In this document: one piece after another, positions 34,259-43,893 of the stretch
How the letters are laid out: each line of letters begins with the position of its first letter
Numbering within the stretch: position 1 is the first letter of the stretch
Origin: an uncultured Pseudomonadota bacterium
GTDB lineage: Bacteria > Oederibacteriota > Muellerivitia > Muellerivitales > Muellerivitaceae
Length of the DNA stretch: 64,000 nt
Direction: 5' to 3'
Assembly (NCBI GenBank): GCA_963836235.1
Contig: CAWIIP010000002.1
Coordinates: 1,728,001 to 1,792,000, forward strand
Made by a program: the position numbers and the translations under genes
Notes under the pieces: model-generated
What the model saw: the letters and a program-made list of their open reading frames with translations, nothing else
What the model was told of the DNA's origin: nothing
The model's database searches: none

Positions 34259-35086
34259 ATGAAAAATTTCAAGGTTCGGTTGGGCGGGGTGTTTCTGGGC
34301 TTGGCGATAGGGGTGGCGGTGGGTGGTACTTTGTGGGCCGATCCCTTGAACGATAAGGCCACTATCCATATTTCGGGTTCGGGGGACGTTCCGGCGGGGA
34401 AATACCACGAGGTGAATATTTCCGGATCGGGTGACCTCCAGGGTCTTATCGAAACGGATATCCTTGAGGTTTCGGGAGAAGCGACGGCCGAGGGGCCGCT
34501 GGCGGCCGATGCTTTGAACACTTCGGGAAGTTTCTCCGCCCACGACAACGTTACGGCCAACAAAATCGACGCTTCCGGCAGTTTCAGCGCGCAAAAAAAC
34601 GTGGTTTCAAAGACCGCCGCTTTTTCTGGGTCGGCAGACATCGGCGGAAATTTTAAATGTCCCGACGTCACTTCTTCGGGAAGCCTATCCGTTGAAGGCC
34701 GGGCCCAACTGGGAGACTTGAACTTGGAAGGAAGCCTCCAGGTAAAGGGCCCCGCCACGGCGAAGAAGGCGGTTCTTTACCTCAGTGGCCAGTCCGCCCT
34801 GGCCGATTTGAGCTGCGACACCCTGACGGTGAAGGAAACCACTTCCACCAAATGGGTCAAGTGGTTCATGGGTTCACCTACCAACCTCCTGACGGCTGAT
34901 ACCCTGGAAGCCCAAAACATTGAATTGGAGGATACCCACGCCAATACCGTGAGGGGGGACAATGTCAAGATCGGCAAAGGATGCCAAATCGACGAAGTCC
35001 ACTATTCGGGAACCTATGAAGTGGACAAGGACGCGAAAGTGGGGAACGCGGTTAAAGAAGCCAAATTGATTCTGATCCATCCATAG
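34259..35086 (+). CDS. Bactofilin-like beta-helix protein (YhbE/YhbF type) with signal peptide
   Basis: ISGSGDVPAGKYHEVNISGSG, repeated SGS units, IELEDTHANTVRGDNVKIGKGCQIDEVHYSG. Confidence 0.75.
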   Translation: MKNFKVRLGGVFLGLAIGVAVGGTLWADPLNDKATIHISGSGDVPAGKYHEVNISGSGDLQGLIETDILEVSGEATAEGPLAADALNTSGSFSAHDNVTANKIDASGSFSAQKNVVSKTAAFSGSADIGGNFKCPDVTSSGSLSVEGRAQLGDLNLEGSLQVKGPATAKKAVLYLSGQSALADLSCDTLTVKETTSTKWVKWFMGSPTNLLTADTLEAQNIELEDTHANTVRGDNVKIGKGCQIDEVHYSGTYEVDKDAKVGNAVKEAKLILIHP

Positions 35087-35192
35087 CCACCCCGAATTCC
35101 AACCCGGGGCCCAGGAGGCTTGTCAGAAGCCCGTCTTTGATTTATCTTGCCCTCGGTTCAATCCGTTAGATTTCATCCTAAGGAGAAGCTCC

Positions 35193-35777
35193 ATGAAACG
35201 AGTGTTTGTCATTGCGGCATCGCTGTTATTTTCCCTGGCCGGTTCCCGGCTTTGGGCGGCCCAAAAGGCCATCATCAAGCTGGCCAAAGGCGGGGAGATC
35301 GTCATCAAGTTTTATCCCCAGGACGCGCCCTTAAGCGTGGCCAATTTCATCAAGCTGGCGAAGAAGGGCTTCTATAACGGGCTGACCTTCCACCGCGTGG
35401 TTCCGGGCTTTGTGGCGCAGGGCGGGGACCCGAACGGCGACGGCAGCGGCGGCCCCGGCTACACCATCAAGGGAGAGTTCACGGAAAACGGCGTCAACAA
35501 CAGCCAGACCCACGTGAAGGGCGCGGTGGCTATGGCCCGCACTAATGTACCCGATTCGGCGGGAAGCCAGTTCTACATCTGCCTGGACGCCCAACCGGCT
35601 TTGGACGGCAAGTACGCCGTGTTCGGACAGGTGGTGAAGGGGATGGACCTGGTGGAACAGATACAGGTTGGGGATAAGATGGAAAAGGTCACCATCGTCG
35701 GTGGAGGTTCGAAAAAGCCCGCGGCCGCCCCCGCGGCGGAAACCACGCCGATGGCGGTGTCCACGCCGGGTCATTGA
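35193..35777 (+). CDS. Exported cyclophilin-type peptidyl-prolyl isomerase
   Basis: NFIKLAKKGFYNGLTFHRVVPGFVAQGGDP, GAVAMAR, SAGSQFYI, LDGKYAVFGQV. Confidence 0.95.
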   Translation: MKRVFVIAASLLFSLAGSRLWAAQKAIIKLAKGGEIVIKFYPQDAPLSVANFIKLAKKGFYNGLTFHRVVPGFVAQGGDPNGDGSGGPGYTIKGEFTENGVNNSQTHVKGAVAMARTNVPDSAGSQFYICLDAQPALDGKYAVFGQVVKGMDLVEQIQVGDKMEKVTIVGGGSKKPAAAPAAETTPMAVSTPGH

Positions 35778-35787
35778 AGGGGAATCA

Positions 35788-36237
35788 TTGAAAAATCCAA
35801 AGACTGAAAAATTACCGGAATTCGCCCTTCCTCCCGCGTTTTTGGAACAGTTTGGTCTGTTGCTGGAGAAGGGCGTTCAAAGGCTGAATGAGTTTCAAAA
35901 GGAAACCCTTAAGCCCCTGGGGCTTAAGGGAAAGCACCTGGAAATTCTTTTGATGCTGGAGAAAAAAAGCTCGGTCAGCCAAAAGGCGATCAGCGGAACC
36001 GTCCATGCCGACCCCACTACCCTGGCCGGCCTGGTCAGGGACCTGAAAAAATTGGGCATGGTGGAGAGCCGTTCCAACAAGGTGAACCTAACCGAGGCGG
36101 GAAAGGGAATCCTCGCCCAAAGGGTGCGGAAGTCCCAGATTAAAATTTTATCCAGCCTCACCCCCCAGGAACAAAAGACCCTGGTCCAACTGATTCGAAA
36201 ACTGGTCATCTCCCAATTCGCCGCGCAAGAAAAATAA
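35788..36237 (+). CDS. MarR-family transcriptional regulator (shortened wing)
   Basis: LKPLGLKGKHLEILLML, SQKAIS...DPTTLAGLVRDLKKLGMV, LTEAGK, LTPQEQKTL; TTG start after AAGGGG. Confidence 0.75.
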   Translation: MKNPKTEKLPEFALPPAFLEQFGLLLEKGVQRLNEFQKETLKPLGLKGKHLEILLMLEKKSSVSQKAISGTVHADPTTLAGLVRDLKKLGMVESRSNKVNLTEAGKGILAQRVRKSQIKILSSLTPQEQKTLVQLIRKLVISQFAAQEK

Positions 36238-36276
36238 TGGGCGAAAAGGCTGCTTCTAAAGTCTAAAGAGAGTGAA

Positions 36277-36735
36277 TTGAAAACTATTTTTCGACGACAT
36301 CGCTTTTATTTTTTTTATTTTTTTCTCTTCTTTCCATTCTTGGCTTTAAATGCCCAAACCACCCCTTCGCCTACAGGCTTGAGCGCCCGAAAATCGACCA
36401 ATGACCCCATCGAATTTTTGAAGGAAAGCAAATGCTGGTTCAAGGGGAAAGGCTATTCCGGCTACAGCGTGGGTTATATCGTCCGCAGTTACGTTTCCGC
36501 GGGGAGAATTAAAAATCTCCAATGGTCCAAAGCGAAGGTAGAAACAGCCTCCCCAGGGTGGGTCATAACCCTTTCTTATTTTGATACCAAAGAGGGAAAG
36601 AAGAGGAAGGCTCGTTGGAATATCGACAAGAATAAAAAGACGGCGGGGGATTCGGAAAATCAATTTTTAAGCAGTGTCCCCGGGGAAAAATACACCCATT
36701 GGCCGGGGGCCAATCAAATGGACGTCATCGAGTAA
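36277..36735 (+). CDS. Exported hypothetical protein
   Basis: Hydrophobic signal ending LNA-Q; fills the gap between MarR and the protease. Confidence 0.55.
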   Translation: MKTIFRRHRFYFFYFFLFFPFLALNAQTTPSPTGLSARKSTNDPIEFLKESKCWFKGKGYSGYSVGYIVRSYVSAGRIKNLQWSKAKVETASPGWVITLSYFDTKEGKKRKARWNIDKNKKTAGDSENQFLSSVPGEKYTHWPGANQMDVIE

Positions 36736-36765
36736 TAAAAACCGTTCAGTGCCGCTCCCACCTTA

Positions 36766-39444
36766 TTACCGGGTGACCAATAGCTTCACCACCCAGTGTT
36801 TGCCGCCAGCCTCAATCACCAAATAGTAGAGTCCGTTGGCCAGTGGGTTGTTCCATTTATCCGTTAAAGTCATATTCAGCACCGTTCCGGGAGGCGTCTG
36901 CGGGAAGGGTTCCGCCTGCACGAGGCGGAATGCCGTCGTGTAGATCCGTACCGTCACGTCGGAGAGGAAAGTGAGAGGCACCTGTAGGTGGGCCGGGCCC
37001 GAACCCACAATCGGATTGGGATAAATAACCGGAGTCGTGCTGGGGGTTAGGACATGGGTGGGGGTGGCCGTGCCCGTTGGCGTACCGAGGGGCGTGTTGG
37101 TCGGGGTACCCGTTAGAGTCGGGGTGGCAGTGAGGGTCAGGGTGTTGGTGACCGTCGCGGTGACGGTGTTCGTGCCGGTATTCGTGGGGCTGAAGGTCGG
37201 GGTTTGGGTGGCCGTGTTGGTGGGAGTCCCGCTGTTGGTCGGAGTATCTGTTTGCGTCGAAGTTAAGGTCGAAGTGGCGCTGTTGGTTACGGTCGAGGTC
37301 GCGCTGTTAGTGGCCGTGACCGTCGGGGTAAAGGTCGGAGTTAATGTGGCCGAATTGGTGGGAGTGCCTGTGACCGTGGGGGTGGCGGTCAAGGTCGGGC
37401 TGTTGGTCACGGTTGAGGTGGCGGTGATCGTGGCCGTGTTCGTTACGGTGAAGGTCAGGGTATTCGTGGTGGAATTAGTGGGCGAACTGGTGACAGTAGG
37501 GGTTGGGGTCAGCGTCGGGGTGTTGGAAACTGTCGAGGTGGCGGTGCTGGTGCGCGTATTCGTCGGGGAGAAGGTCAGGGTGTTGGTGGCGGAATTGGTG
37601 GGAGTGTTCGTGGCCGTGCGGGTGGCGGTCGAGGTAGGACTGTTGGTCGCGGTGGAAGTGGCGGTTTTGGTGGCCGTTCTAGTTGGGGTTGGGGTGGGCG
37701 TGTACACCGGGGTGGTGCCGGTCAGGTCGTTGATCAGGGACTGGCCATTGGGAGAACCCCAGCCCGTGGCCAAATCATAACCCGTGACGGCGGGAAACTT
37801 GGTGGCGCTGCCGTTATTGCCGCTGGTGATGTCATGGAAATCGAGGGTGTAATTGGGGCCCTGGCCGATGGTGTAGAAAGAAGGATTGGGAAAGCCGACG
37901 GTGGGTTTTCCAGCGGCCACGGCCTGCTGATTGGCGAGGGCGATGAAACCCGCCCAAAGGGGCGCGGCGCAACTGCTGCCGCCCTGGACATCGATATTGC
38001 CGTCGCAATCGACCAAGTAACTGTCATTGCCCGCGCAGGAAACGTCTGGGACGTTCCGGTAAGTGGTGGAACCGAAGTTGGTGGCCACACTCAGCCCCAC
38101 CTGGTAACTGGGAATGGCGTCGCCGACGATGGCGCCCGCCAGGATGCCTCCCGTGGAGCTCCAGCCGTCCGTCGTGGTGTTGACGGCCACTTCGGAAGAC
38201 CAAGCCCCCCCGGTGCCGGTCATGGTCAAGTCGGTGGCGCCCACGAGGGTTTGGTCGATTTCGCTATCGTTGGCCTCGCCGGGTTGCCCGTAAGGCGGGT
38301 CGGCGGTGAAGGCCCCGGCGTGGGGAGCGTTGGCATTTCCATCACCGGAGGCCAGAAAATAGGACTGGCCCTGCAGGGCGAATTCCGCCAAGTCGTTGTT
38401 TTCCGACGTCCTTTCGGCGGCGGTGGGTTGCCAGCCCCAGGAATTACTGAGTTGCATACAAAGAGGCGTGTAGGTAGCCATTTCATTGAAAATGTCGAGA
38501 TTCACGCCGCCGATGAAAGCCACCACCTGGGTGAGGCCGGGCGCCATGGACATAGACAATTCGATGTCCAAGGCCACTTCTGGCTCAATGGAACAGTCGG
38601 GGGTACTGGAAGCGGAATAGGAGCTGTCGCAATAAACGTTCGAAACGGGAACATTGAGGGCCGGGACGCAGATGGATTCATAATCGGTGATATCCACGGG
38701 CCAATAAACGGTTCCCTCAAAGAGCCCAACGGACTGGCCGGTCCCGGTGAGCGCGACGCCCGGAACATAGGCGTTTCGATAATCACTTCCAACAAAGTAT
38801 CCCCCGGGGGCCGAACCGCCCCCCAAGTGGGGGACCAGGGAGGTTTTGACAGGGGGCAAAGTCCCTTTCGGAATGGAGCGGTGGAAACGGGGATGGGGAG
38901 GTATTTCGTTGTTGAGGCCCGAGATACAAACCACGGGGGTGTCCAAATCGAGTGAGGGTTCCCGGTCGGGCGCGAAAAACAGGGTTCCATCAGGGCGTTG
39001 GTAATCGTTGATGGCCACGTAAAAGGCTTTTTCGACGTCGGAGGTTTTGCCGCTCACGTCCAAGACCAGGCGATTGAAATAGCTTTTCTCCACCGTCAAG
39101 CCGCGTGCTTGGGCGAATCGGGCGAGGGACTGATAATCCCCCTCGGTGGGGCCGAACATTTCCGTGAACTGCTCGACGGTCAAGTAATGGTGGTACCGGA
39201 GACTGCGGGGGTTATAAATTTCCTTTAAAAGGGCCTCCAGGTCAGGAGTATTCCGTAGAGGCAAGGTAATGGCCAATCGCAACCGGGAAGAGCCGGAATG
39301 GTGGCCCACCAACGGCGCCATCGACATAGAGGGAGACCGGTGGCCACGCAATTGCTGGCGCCCCTGGGTTTGGGCCAAAGCGGTTGAAAGGAATGAACCA
39401 CAAAATAAAAGGGTGAAAAAAGATATAAGAGAAAGCTCTTTCAT
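36766..39444 (-). CDS. Secreted S53 (sedolisin/kumamolisin) protease with prodomain, Thr-rich stalk and FlgD-Ig/T9SS-like C-terminal domain
   Basis: Signal peptide, pro-kumamolisin domain ([16 protein letters not shown]), [35 protein letters not shown]; C-terminus IYPNP...[10 protein letters not shown]; SD AGGAG before ATG39444. Confidence 0.9.
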   Translation of the reverse strand: MKELSLISFFTLLFCGSFLSTALAQTQGRQQLRGHRSPSMSMAPLVGHHSGSSRLRLAITLPLRNTPDLEALLKEIYNPRSLRYHHYLTVEQFTEMFGPTEGDYQSLARFAQARGLTVEKSYFNRLVLDVSGKTSDVEKAFYVAINDYQRPDGTLFFAPDREPSLDLDTPVVCISGLNNEIPPHPRFHRSIPKGTLPPVKTSLVPHLGGGSAPGGYFVGSDYRNAYVPGVALTGTGQSVGLFEGTVYWPVDITDYESICVPALNVPVSNVYCDSSYSASSTPDCSIEPEVALDIELSMSMAPGLTQVVAFIGGVNLDIFNEMATYTPLCMQLSNSWGWQPTAAERTSENNDLAEFALQGQSYFLASGDGNANAPHAGAFTADPPYGQPGEANDSEIDQTLVGATDLTMTGTGGAWSSEVAVNTTTDGWSSTGGILAGAIVGDAIPSYQVGLSVATNFGSTTYRNVPDVSCAGNDSYLVDCDGNIDVQGGSSCAAPLWAGFIALANQQAVAAGKPTVGFPNPSFYTIGQGPNYTLDFHDITSGNNGSATKFPAVTGYDLATGWGSPNGQSLINDLTGTTPVYTPTPTPTRTATKTATSTATNSPTSTATRTATNTPTNSATNTLTFSPTNTRTSTATSTVSNTPTLTPTPTVTSSPTNSTTNTLTFTVTNTATITATSTVTNSPTLTATPTVTGTPTNSATLTPTFTPTVTATNSATSTVTNSATSTLTSTQTDTPTNSGTPTNTATQTPTFSPTNTGTNTVTATVTNTLTLTATPTLTGTPTNTPLGTPTGTATPTHVLTPSTTPVIYPNPIVGSGPAHLQVPLTFLSDVTVRIYTTAFRLVQAEPFPQTPPGTVLNMTLTDKWNNPLANGLYYLVIEAGGKHWVVKLLVTR
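37040..37705 (-). repeat. Thr-rich coding low-complexity region with four 120-bp (40-aa) higher-order units
   Basis: Four units PTN[S/T]xTxTxTF ... each exactly 40 aa in the translation. Confidence 0.8.
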
Positions 39445-39793
39445 CAGCTCTCCTGATTTCATATTCGGTAAACTCAGGTATTCCAAAGACCTTGCCCGCG
39501 ACGGAGAAAGGCATTCATATATCCCTTATTCTACCGCAGTTATACATTTTCGGACCTGGCCCGGAGGGTTTGTCTTTGCCTTGGAAGAGCTTATTATTGC
39601 TGATTTTTTGGATTTTCGGGGAGCCATCCCAGGGCCCCCGCCTGAAAACGATAGACTCAGGCAGGAATAACAGGTTAAAAGCCAGGCCGTTTTCGATGCC
39701 CTATTCCGTTACTCAGTTTTGTTTCTCGTAGAGAATTTGGGGAAATTCAGGGTATAAAGCTTCTGCACAATATGTTTCTTTAAGAAGGAAGCC

Positions 39794-40579
39794 ATGACTC
39801 AAAGTGCCTTGGAAGTGGGCGCGGCCCTTATTTTTAAAAACGGCAAATTCCTTATCACCCAACGCAAAGAAAATGATTCCTTCGGCGGCTATTGGGAACT
39901 GCCCGGCGGTAAGAAAGAACCCACTGAATCCCTGGAAGAGTGCGTCCACAGGGAACTCAAGGAAGAGCTGGATATTGAAGTGGAGATCAAGCATTTCTTC
40001 CGCATCCTCACCTATCACTATCCCCAGCGCTCGGTGCGGTTGAATGTCTTTTTTTGCTCCCATAAATCCGGTGAACCCAAAACGATTGAATGCCAGGCCT
40101 TGGCCTGGGTCGAACCTAAAGACCTGTCTTCCTATAAGTTTCCCGACGCGGACCAGACCCTTCTCCAGGAACTGGCTCAACGCGACGATTGGGACACTTA
40201 TTTGGACAACCTGAAATATCCCCACGAATACCTGGAGGGAATCCGATTGTTCAATTCGGCCCAATATTTCGAGTGCCACGAGATGCTGGAGGATTTATGG
40301 CATCCTTCGGAAGGACTGGAACGCCTGCATTACCAGGGATTAATCCAGGCCGCCATCGCGGTGGAGCATTTTCGCAAGGACAACTGGACGGGAGCCGTGG
40401 GCCTCTACCAAAAGGCTTGCGAAAAATGGGAACAGATGCCGCCCCAGTTCATGGGGGTGGATTTGAAGTGGTTGAAGGGGAAGTTGGATGTCTTCTTTGG
40501 CCAAATCCAAAAGGCCGGGCCCACCGGCATGCGGGGCGTGGATATCGCTTTGGTGCCGAAGATTCCGCTGCCCGAATAA
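39794..40579 (+). CDS. mutT: MutT-type Nudix hydrolase fused to a DUF309 domain
   Basis: WELPGGKKEPTESLEECVHRELKEEL Nudix box, FPDAD; then GIRLFNSAQYFECHEMLEDLW...YQGLIQAA. Confidence 0.8.
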   Translation: MTQSALEVGAALIFKNGKFLITQRKENDSFGGYWELPGGKKEPTESLEECVHRELKEELDIEVEIKHFFRILTYHYPQRSVRLNVFFCSHKSGEPKTIECQALAWVEPKDLSSYKFPDADQTLLQELAQRDDWDTYLDNLKYPHEYLEGIRLFNSAQYFECHEMLEDLWHPSEGLERLHYQGLIQAAIAVEHFRKDNWTGAVGLYQKACEKWEQMPPQFMGVDLKWLKGKLDVFFGQIQKAGPTGMRGVDIALVPKIPLPE

Positions 40580-40590
40580 TAAATATTATT

Positions 40591-41640
40591 TTAGTAATGA
40601 TAGCTGAACGAAAGCCCCGCATCCACGCCGGTGTAATCCACGTTCACGGCTTTGATGCCGGGGGTTCCAGTGGGATTGCCCCCCAGAAGGCCGTTGGAAT
40701 CGGTCGATAAAACCGCCGTTTGGTCCGATCCGCTGTTGTTGGTGTAAGTGCCTTCGATATCACCGGTGGTCGCGACGCGCCCCCGCGCGAAGAGGCTGGC
40801 GGAGAATTGGCCGCCGACGGCGACTTCCCAGCCCAACCCCAAAAATCCCCCCAAACCGATGCCCTGCATTTGGCCCGATACCGTCCCGTTGTTCAAGCCG
40901 TTCAAATTCACGATGGTGTTATAAAAGCCCCCGCCCAGGTTTGCGTAGAGGCGTGTGCGGCCTAGCTTGAAGAAACGGTAGTATTCGGCCTGAACGGAAA
41001 TCATTTGGGGCTGGACGCTTTCCGTTAAATAACCCGTGGGTTCCTTGATCTGGGCGCTGTAACCATTTAAGGTCGCGCCATCCACCACCATTCCCCAGGC
41101 GTTATAGGTGTCCAGCATGAAACCCACTTCCATTCCACCGAAGGGGCCGAAACCATTCGCCACGGCGGAGTTTTGACTCTTGATCTTCGCGTAATAGTTA
41201 CTAAAGGCTGTGGCGGCCTTGGACAGGTCCCCCAGGCCGGCCGTCATGACCCCGGCGTGAAGGCGGACCCAAATGTCGTAGTTCCGGAAAACCCGTGGAT
41301 AGATATCGTTCCTTTCATTTTCCCAAACGATCCGGGCCCGGAGGCTTTCCGCCAGGTTCCATAATTCCGGGTTTTTCGCGTTCCAACGAAGGCTCTGGTC
41401 GAAGGCGGCCAGAGCCAGGGCGGATTGATTGGAAAGGTAATAGTCGTATCCCAGGATTTGCCAGCCTTTCCAATTTTTTGGGTCCAACTGGACCACCGCC
41501 TTCATATAAGGAATGGATTTCGCGTAATCTTTATGGGCATAAGCGTCAAAGCCCGCCACATAGTAGTCATTACTCGTTGAGGCCCGGAGGGGAAGAGACG
41601 AGAAAAGGAAGAAAATGAAAAGAATAAGGCGAAAAGGCAT
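40591..41640 (-). CDS. TPR-containing outer-membrane beta-barrel protein
   Basis: Signal peptide, TPR (VVQLDPKNWKGWQILGYDYY), C-terminal barrel ending GLSFSYHY. Confidence 0.7.
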   Translation of the reverse strand: MPFRLILFIFFLFSSLPLRASTSNDYYVAGFDAYAHKDYAKSIPYMKAVVQLDPKNWKGWQILGYDYYLSNQSALALAAFDQSLRWNAKNPELWNLAESLRARIVWENERNDIYPRVFRNYDIWVRLHAGVMTAGLGDLSKAATAFSNYYAKIKSQNSAVANGFGPFGGMEVGFMLDTYNAWGMVVDGATLNGYSAQIKEPTGYLTESVQPQMISVQAEYYRFFKLGRTRLYANLGGGFYNTIVNLNGLNNGTVSGQMQGIGLGGFLGLGWEVAVGGQFSASLFARGRVATTGDIEGTYTNNSGSDQTAVLSTDSNGLLGGNPTGTPGIKAVNVDYTGVDAGLSFSYHY

Positions 41641-41753
41641 TGAGAGTCCTAAATAAGATTCGGTTCTAGACCGTCTCAGTATAATCCCAAGGGATAGGGC
41701 AAATCAGGCGATTGGGGTGGAAGAATCGGCGGGTGGGGGTTTTCACAAAAGTG

Positions 41754-42782
41754 CTATGAATGGGAGAGGTTGCGTTTCCACATGGGGTATTTGATTCTCG
41801 CCAAGGCGCTGTCGCGGGTGAAAGCCTTGAATGCGAGTTCCGTCATTTGGGCGGCTCTTTCCCTCGTGAGTTCCAGGACTTCGGGACGGGGTTGGAAGGC
41901 TTCCTCGCGCCCCGCGGGGGCGTTGACGTTATAAGGGCAGACAGTCTGACAGAGGTCACAGCCCGCAAGGTAACCGTGAAGGCCGATGTCCGGAAGGTCC
42001 GAACGGTGTTCCAGGGTGAGATAACTGACGCACTTAGTGGCGTTCAACAGCCCTGGCTCTTCCAGGGCGCCCGTGGGGCAGGCGTCCAGGCAGGCGGTGC
42101 AGGACTTGCAAAGATTCTCTACCGGTTCGTCCGGGGCCAGTTCCACATCCGTCAGGATTTCACCCAAGAAGAGGAAGGAACCGAACTTCTTGTTTAAAAG
42201 CAAGGTATTTTTTCCGGTCCATCCCAGGCCCGCCGAAGCGGAATAACTGCGTTCCAGGATAGGGCCCGTGTCCACATAAGCTTTAGCCTTGGCGCCGGGC
42301 TCCAGCTCCCGGCAAAGATAAGCGGCGAGGATATCCAGCTTTTCCCATAAGACTTCATGGTAATCCCGGCCCCAGGCGTAGCAGGATATGGGATGTTTTT
42401 CCAAAAGGGGATAGTGCTCGGGTTTTGGGTTGTAACTTAAGGCTACGCAGAAAACCGATTGGGCCCCGGGCAAAAGGGACTGCGGATCGCCCCGTTCCTC
42501 CTTGCGGCGGTATAAATACCCTGCCCTTCCATTGGAATCCCCGGGCAAGGCCCGGGCAAGGGGGGCTGGGTGATCCCGTTCACCTTGCTTCCCGGAGCTT
42601 GGCTCCGGGAAAGGGTAGGCTGAAGGAACGGGATAACCCATTTCACCGGCGTAGCCCCGTTGGAGCCAATTCAAAAATGAAGAGTAACCCTCGGGCGGAA
42701 TGGCCGGGGTGGCACCCGCCAGCTCAAAACCAAGCTCATAAGCCTTTTGTTTCAGGAGATGAGCCCGTTCTAGGGCCTTCAT
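41754..42782 (-). CDS. queG: Epoxyqueuosine reductase QueG carrying a 39-aa in-frame insertion
   Basis: YAWGRDYH, YVDTGPILER, GWTGKN, GSFLFLGEI, CKSCTACLDACPTGAL, CVSYLTLE, GCDLCQTVCPYN. Confidence 0.93.
   Translation of the reverse strand: MKALERAHLLKQKAYELGFELAGATPAIPPEGYSSFLNWLQRGYAGEMGYPVPSAYPFPEPSSGKQGERDHPAPLARALPGDSNGRAGYLYRRKEERGDPQSLLPGAQSVFCVALSYNPKPEHYPLLEKHPISCYAWGRDYHEVLWEKLDILAAYLCRELEPGAKAKAYVDTGPILERSYSASAGLGWTGKNTLLLNKKFGSFLFLGEILTDVELAPDEPVENLCKSCTACLDACPTGALEEPGLLNATKCVSYLTLEHRSDLPDIGLHGYLAGCDLCQTVCPYNVNAPAGREEAFQPRPEVLELTRERAAQMTELAFKAFTRDSALARIKYPMWKRNLSHS
42516..42639. mobile_element. Palindromic MITE/REP-like element inserted in frame in queG
   Basis: 117 extra nt between GGTTAT and GGGTAT; stems 42568-42581/42626-42639, 42589-42598/42602-42611, 42540-42546/42550-42556. 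Confidence 0.7.
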
Positions 42783-43318
42783 TCGTTTTTAAAATGGGAA
42801 TAGGTGAGGCCCACCGCGCTGATTAAGGCGAAAACCAGGACGAGGCCGACCACCCCGCGGGATTGTCCCGACTTGGAAAAAAAGGCCATCAAGCCCGCTA
42901 CAACCACGGCCCAGGAAAACCCGATCCATACTAGGTCTTTCATTTTTCTCATCGGGTTATGGAGGGTCCGCAATTTAACGGAGAACTGGGAGGGGGTAAA
43001 GCGTTCCAGGGTTGAGGTGTTGTCGACCTGGCCTCCCAATTCCCGCAGGAGGCTGTCCACGAGGAAAAGCTGGAGCTCATGGGTTTGCGCAGACGCGTCC
43101 CGGGAAACGGAAATTTTGTACCGCCCTTTTTCCCGGTCATAGGCGAGCAGGCATTCCACTTCGGGCGGGCCCGCTTCGTAAAAGCGGATAGAGTCCCAGC
43201 CTTGGTCCGGGCCCTTCAGGTTGATTTCCACGGGGAAGCCCCGGCGATGGAGATCCTCCATCAATTGGGTTCCTTGGGGCTGGTCTTTTTTTTCGGGTGT
43301 TAGAACATATTCAGCCAT
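42779..43318 (-). CDS. Hypothetical protein with two C-terminal TMs
   Basis: Soluble N-domain, two TMs; 4-nt overlap with the queG start. Confidence 0.7.
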   Translation of the reverse strand: MAEYVLTPEKKDQPQGTQLMEDLHRRGFPVEINLKGPDQGWDSIRFYEAGPPEVECLLAYDREKGRYKISVSRDASAQTHELQLFLVDSLLRELGGQVDNTSTLERFTPSQFSVKLRTLHNPMRKMKDLVWIGFSWAVVVAGLMAFFSKSGQSRGVVGLVLVFALISAVGLTYSHFKNE

Positions 43319-43360
43319 TTTATTTCCGCCACTCCATCATAACGTTTGTCGGTTCCGGAC

Positions 43361-43393
43361 AAAAAAACAGGGGCGGAAAATTTCCCGCCCCTG
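43361..43393 (-). terminator. Rho-independent terminator after mtnD
   Basis: CAGGGGCGG/CCGCCCCTG stem with an A7 run (T7 on the minus strand). Confidence 0.8.
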
Positions 43394-43418
43394 CGGATAA
43401 GTTAAAAAAATCGGGTTC

Positions 43419-43883
43419 TTATTTTGCTGCCGTGGCTTCCAAGTCCTTGCGGTAAAGGGGCGCCCAGCCCGATTGGTCCTTGAAAAGGCGCACGCATTGG
43501 ATCTTCTTCTCGTCGGTCAGATAGAAACGGTGGAAGCGGTTGGCGGGCACCAGGATGAAATCGCCCGGCTCCACGATGACTTTCATCCATTGATCGTCCA
43601 GGCTGCGAATCTCAAAAACACCTGAACCTTGGAGGACAAAACGGACCTCGTCGTCGGTGTGGAGATGCTCGCCCACGAACTTTTGGCAGAGGGCTTCGAA
43701 GTTGGGCATATCCGGTTTCATGCCTACCTGATCCATGGTGACATAACCCCGCTCCTTCATGAGCTTTTCCAGGGGAGATTTATAAACCGATTCCTCGGTC
43801 GGCATCTGCTCGTAGGTGATTCCGTGGGAGTTGAGTTCTTCCGCCGAGATATTTTTGCCCGTCTCCAGCCAAATCGCTTTCAT
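43419..43883 (-). CDS. mtnD: Acireductone dioxygenase
   Basis: EHLHTDDEVRFVLQGSG cupin metal ligands, FHRF, VRLFKDQSGW. Confidence 0.93.
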   Translation of the reverse strand: MKAIWLETGKNISAEELNSHGITYEQMPTEESVYKSPLEKLMKERGYVTMDQVGMKPDMPNFEALCQKFVGEHLHTDDEVRFVLQGSGVFEIRSLDDQWMKVIVEPGDFILVPANRFHRFYLTDEKKIQCVRLFKDQSGWAPLYRKDLEATAAK

Positions 43884-43893
43884 GCATCCTCCT

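Noticed and set aside
31638-34259. Integron cassette array in the AT-rich segment
   Set aside because: No RYYYAAC...GTTRRRY attC sites between the genes and no integrase
37037-37780. 247-aa Val/Gly-rich plus-strand ORF (also 21874..22134 minus)
   Set aside because: Antisense shadow of the Thr-rich repeats (ACN codons read as GTN)
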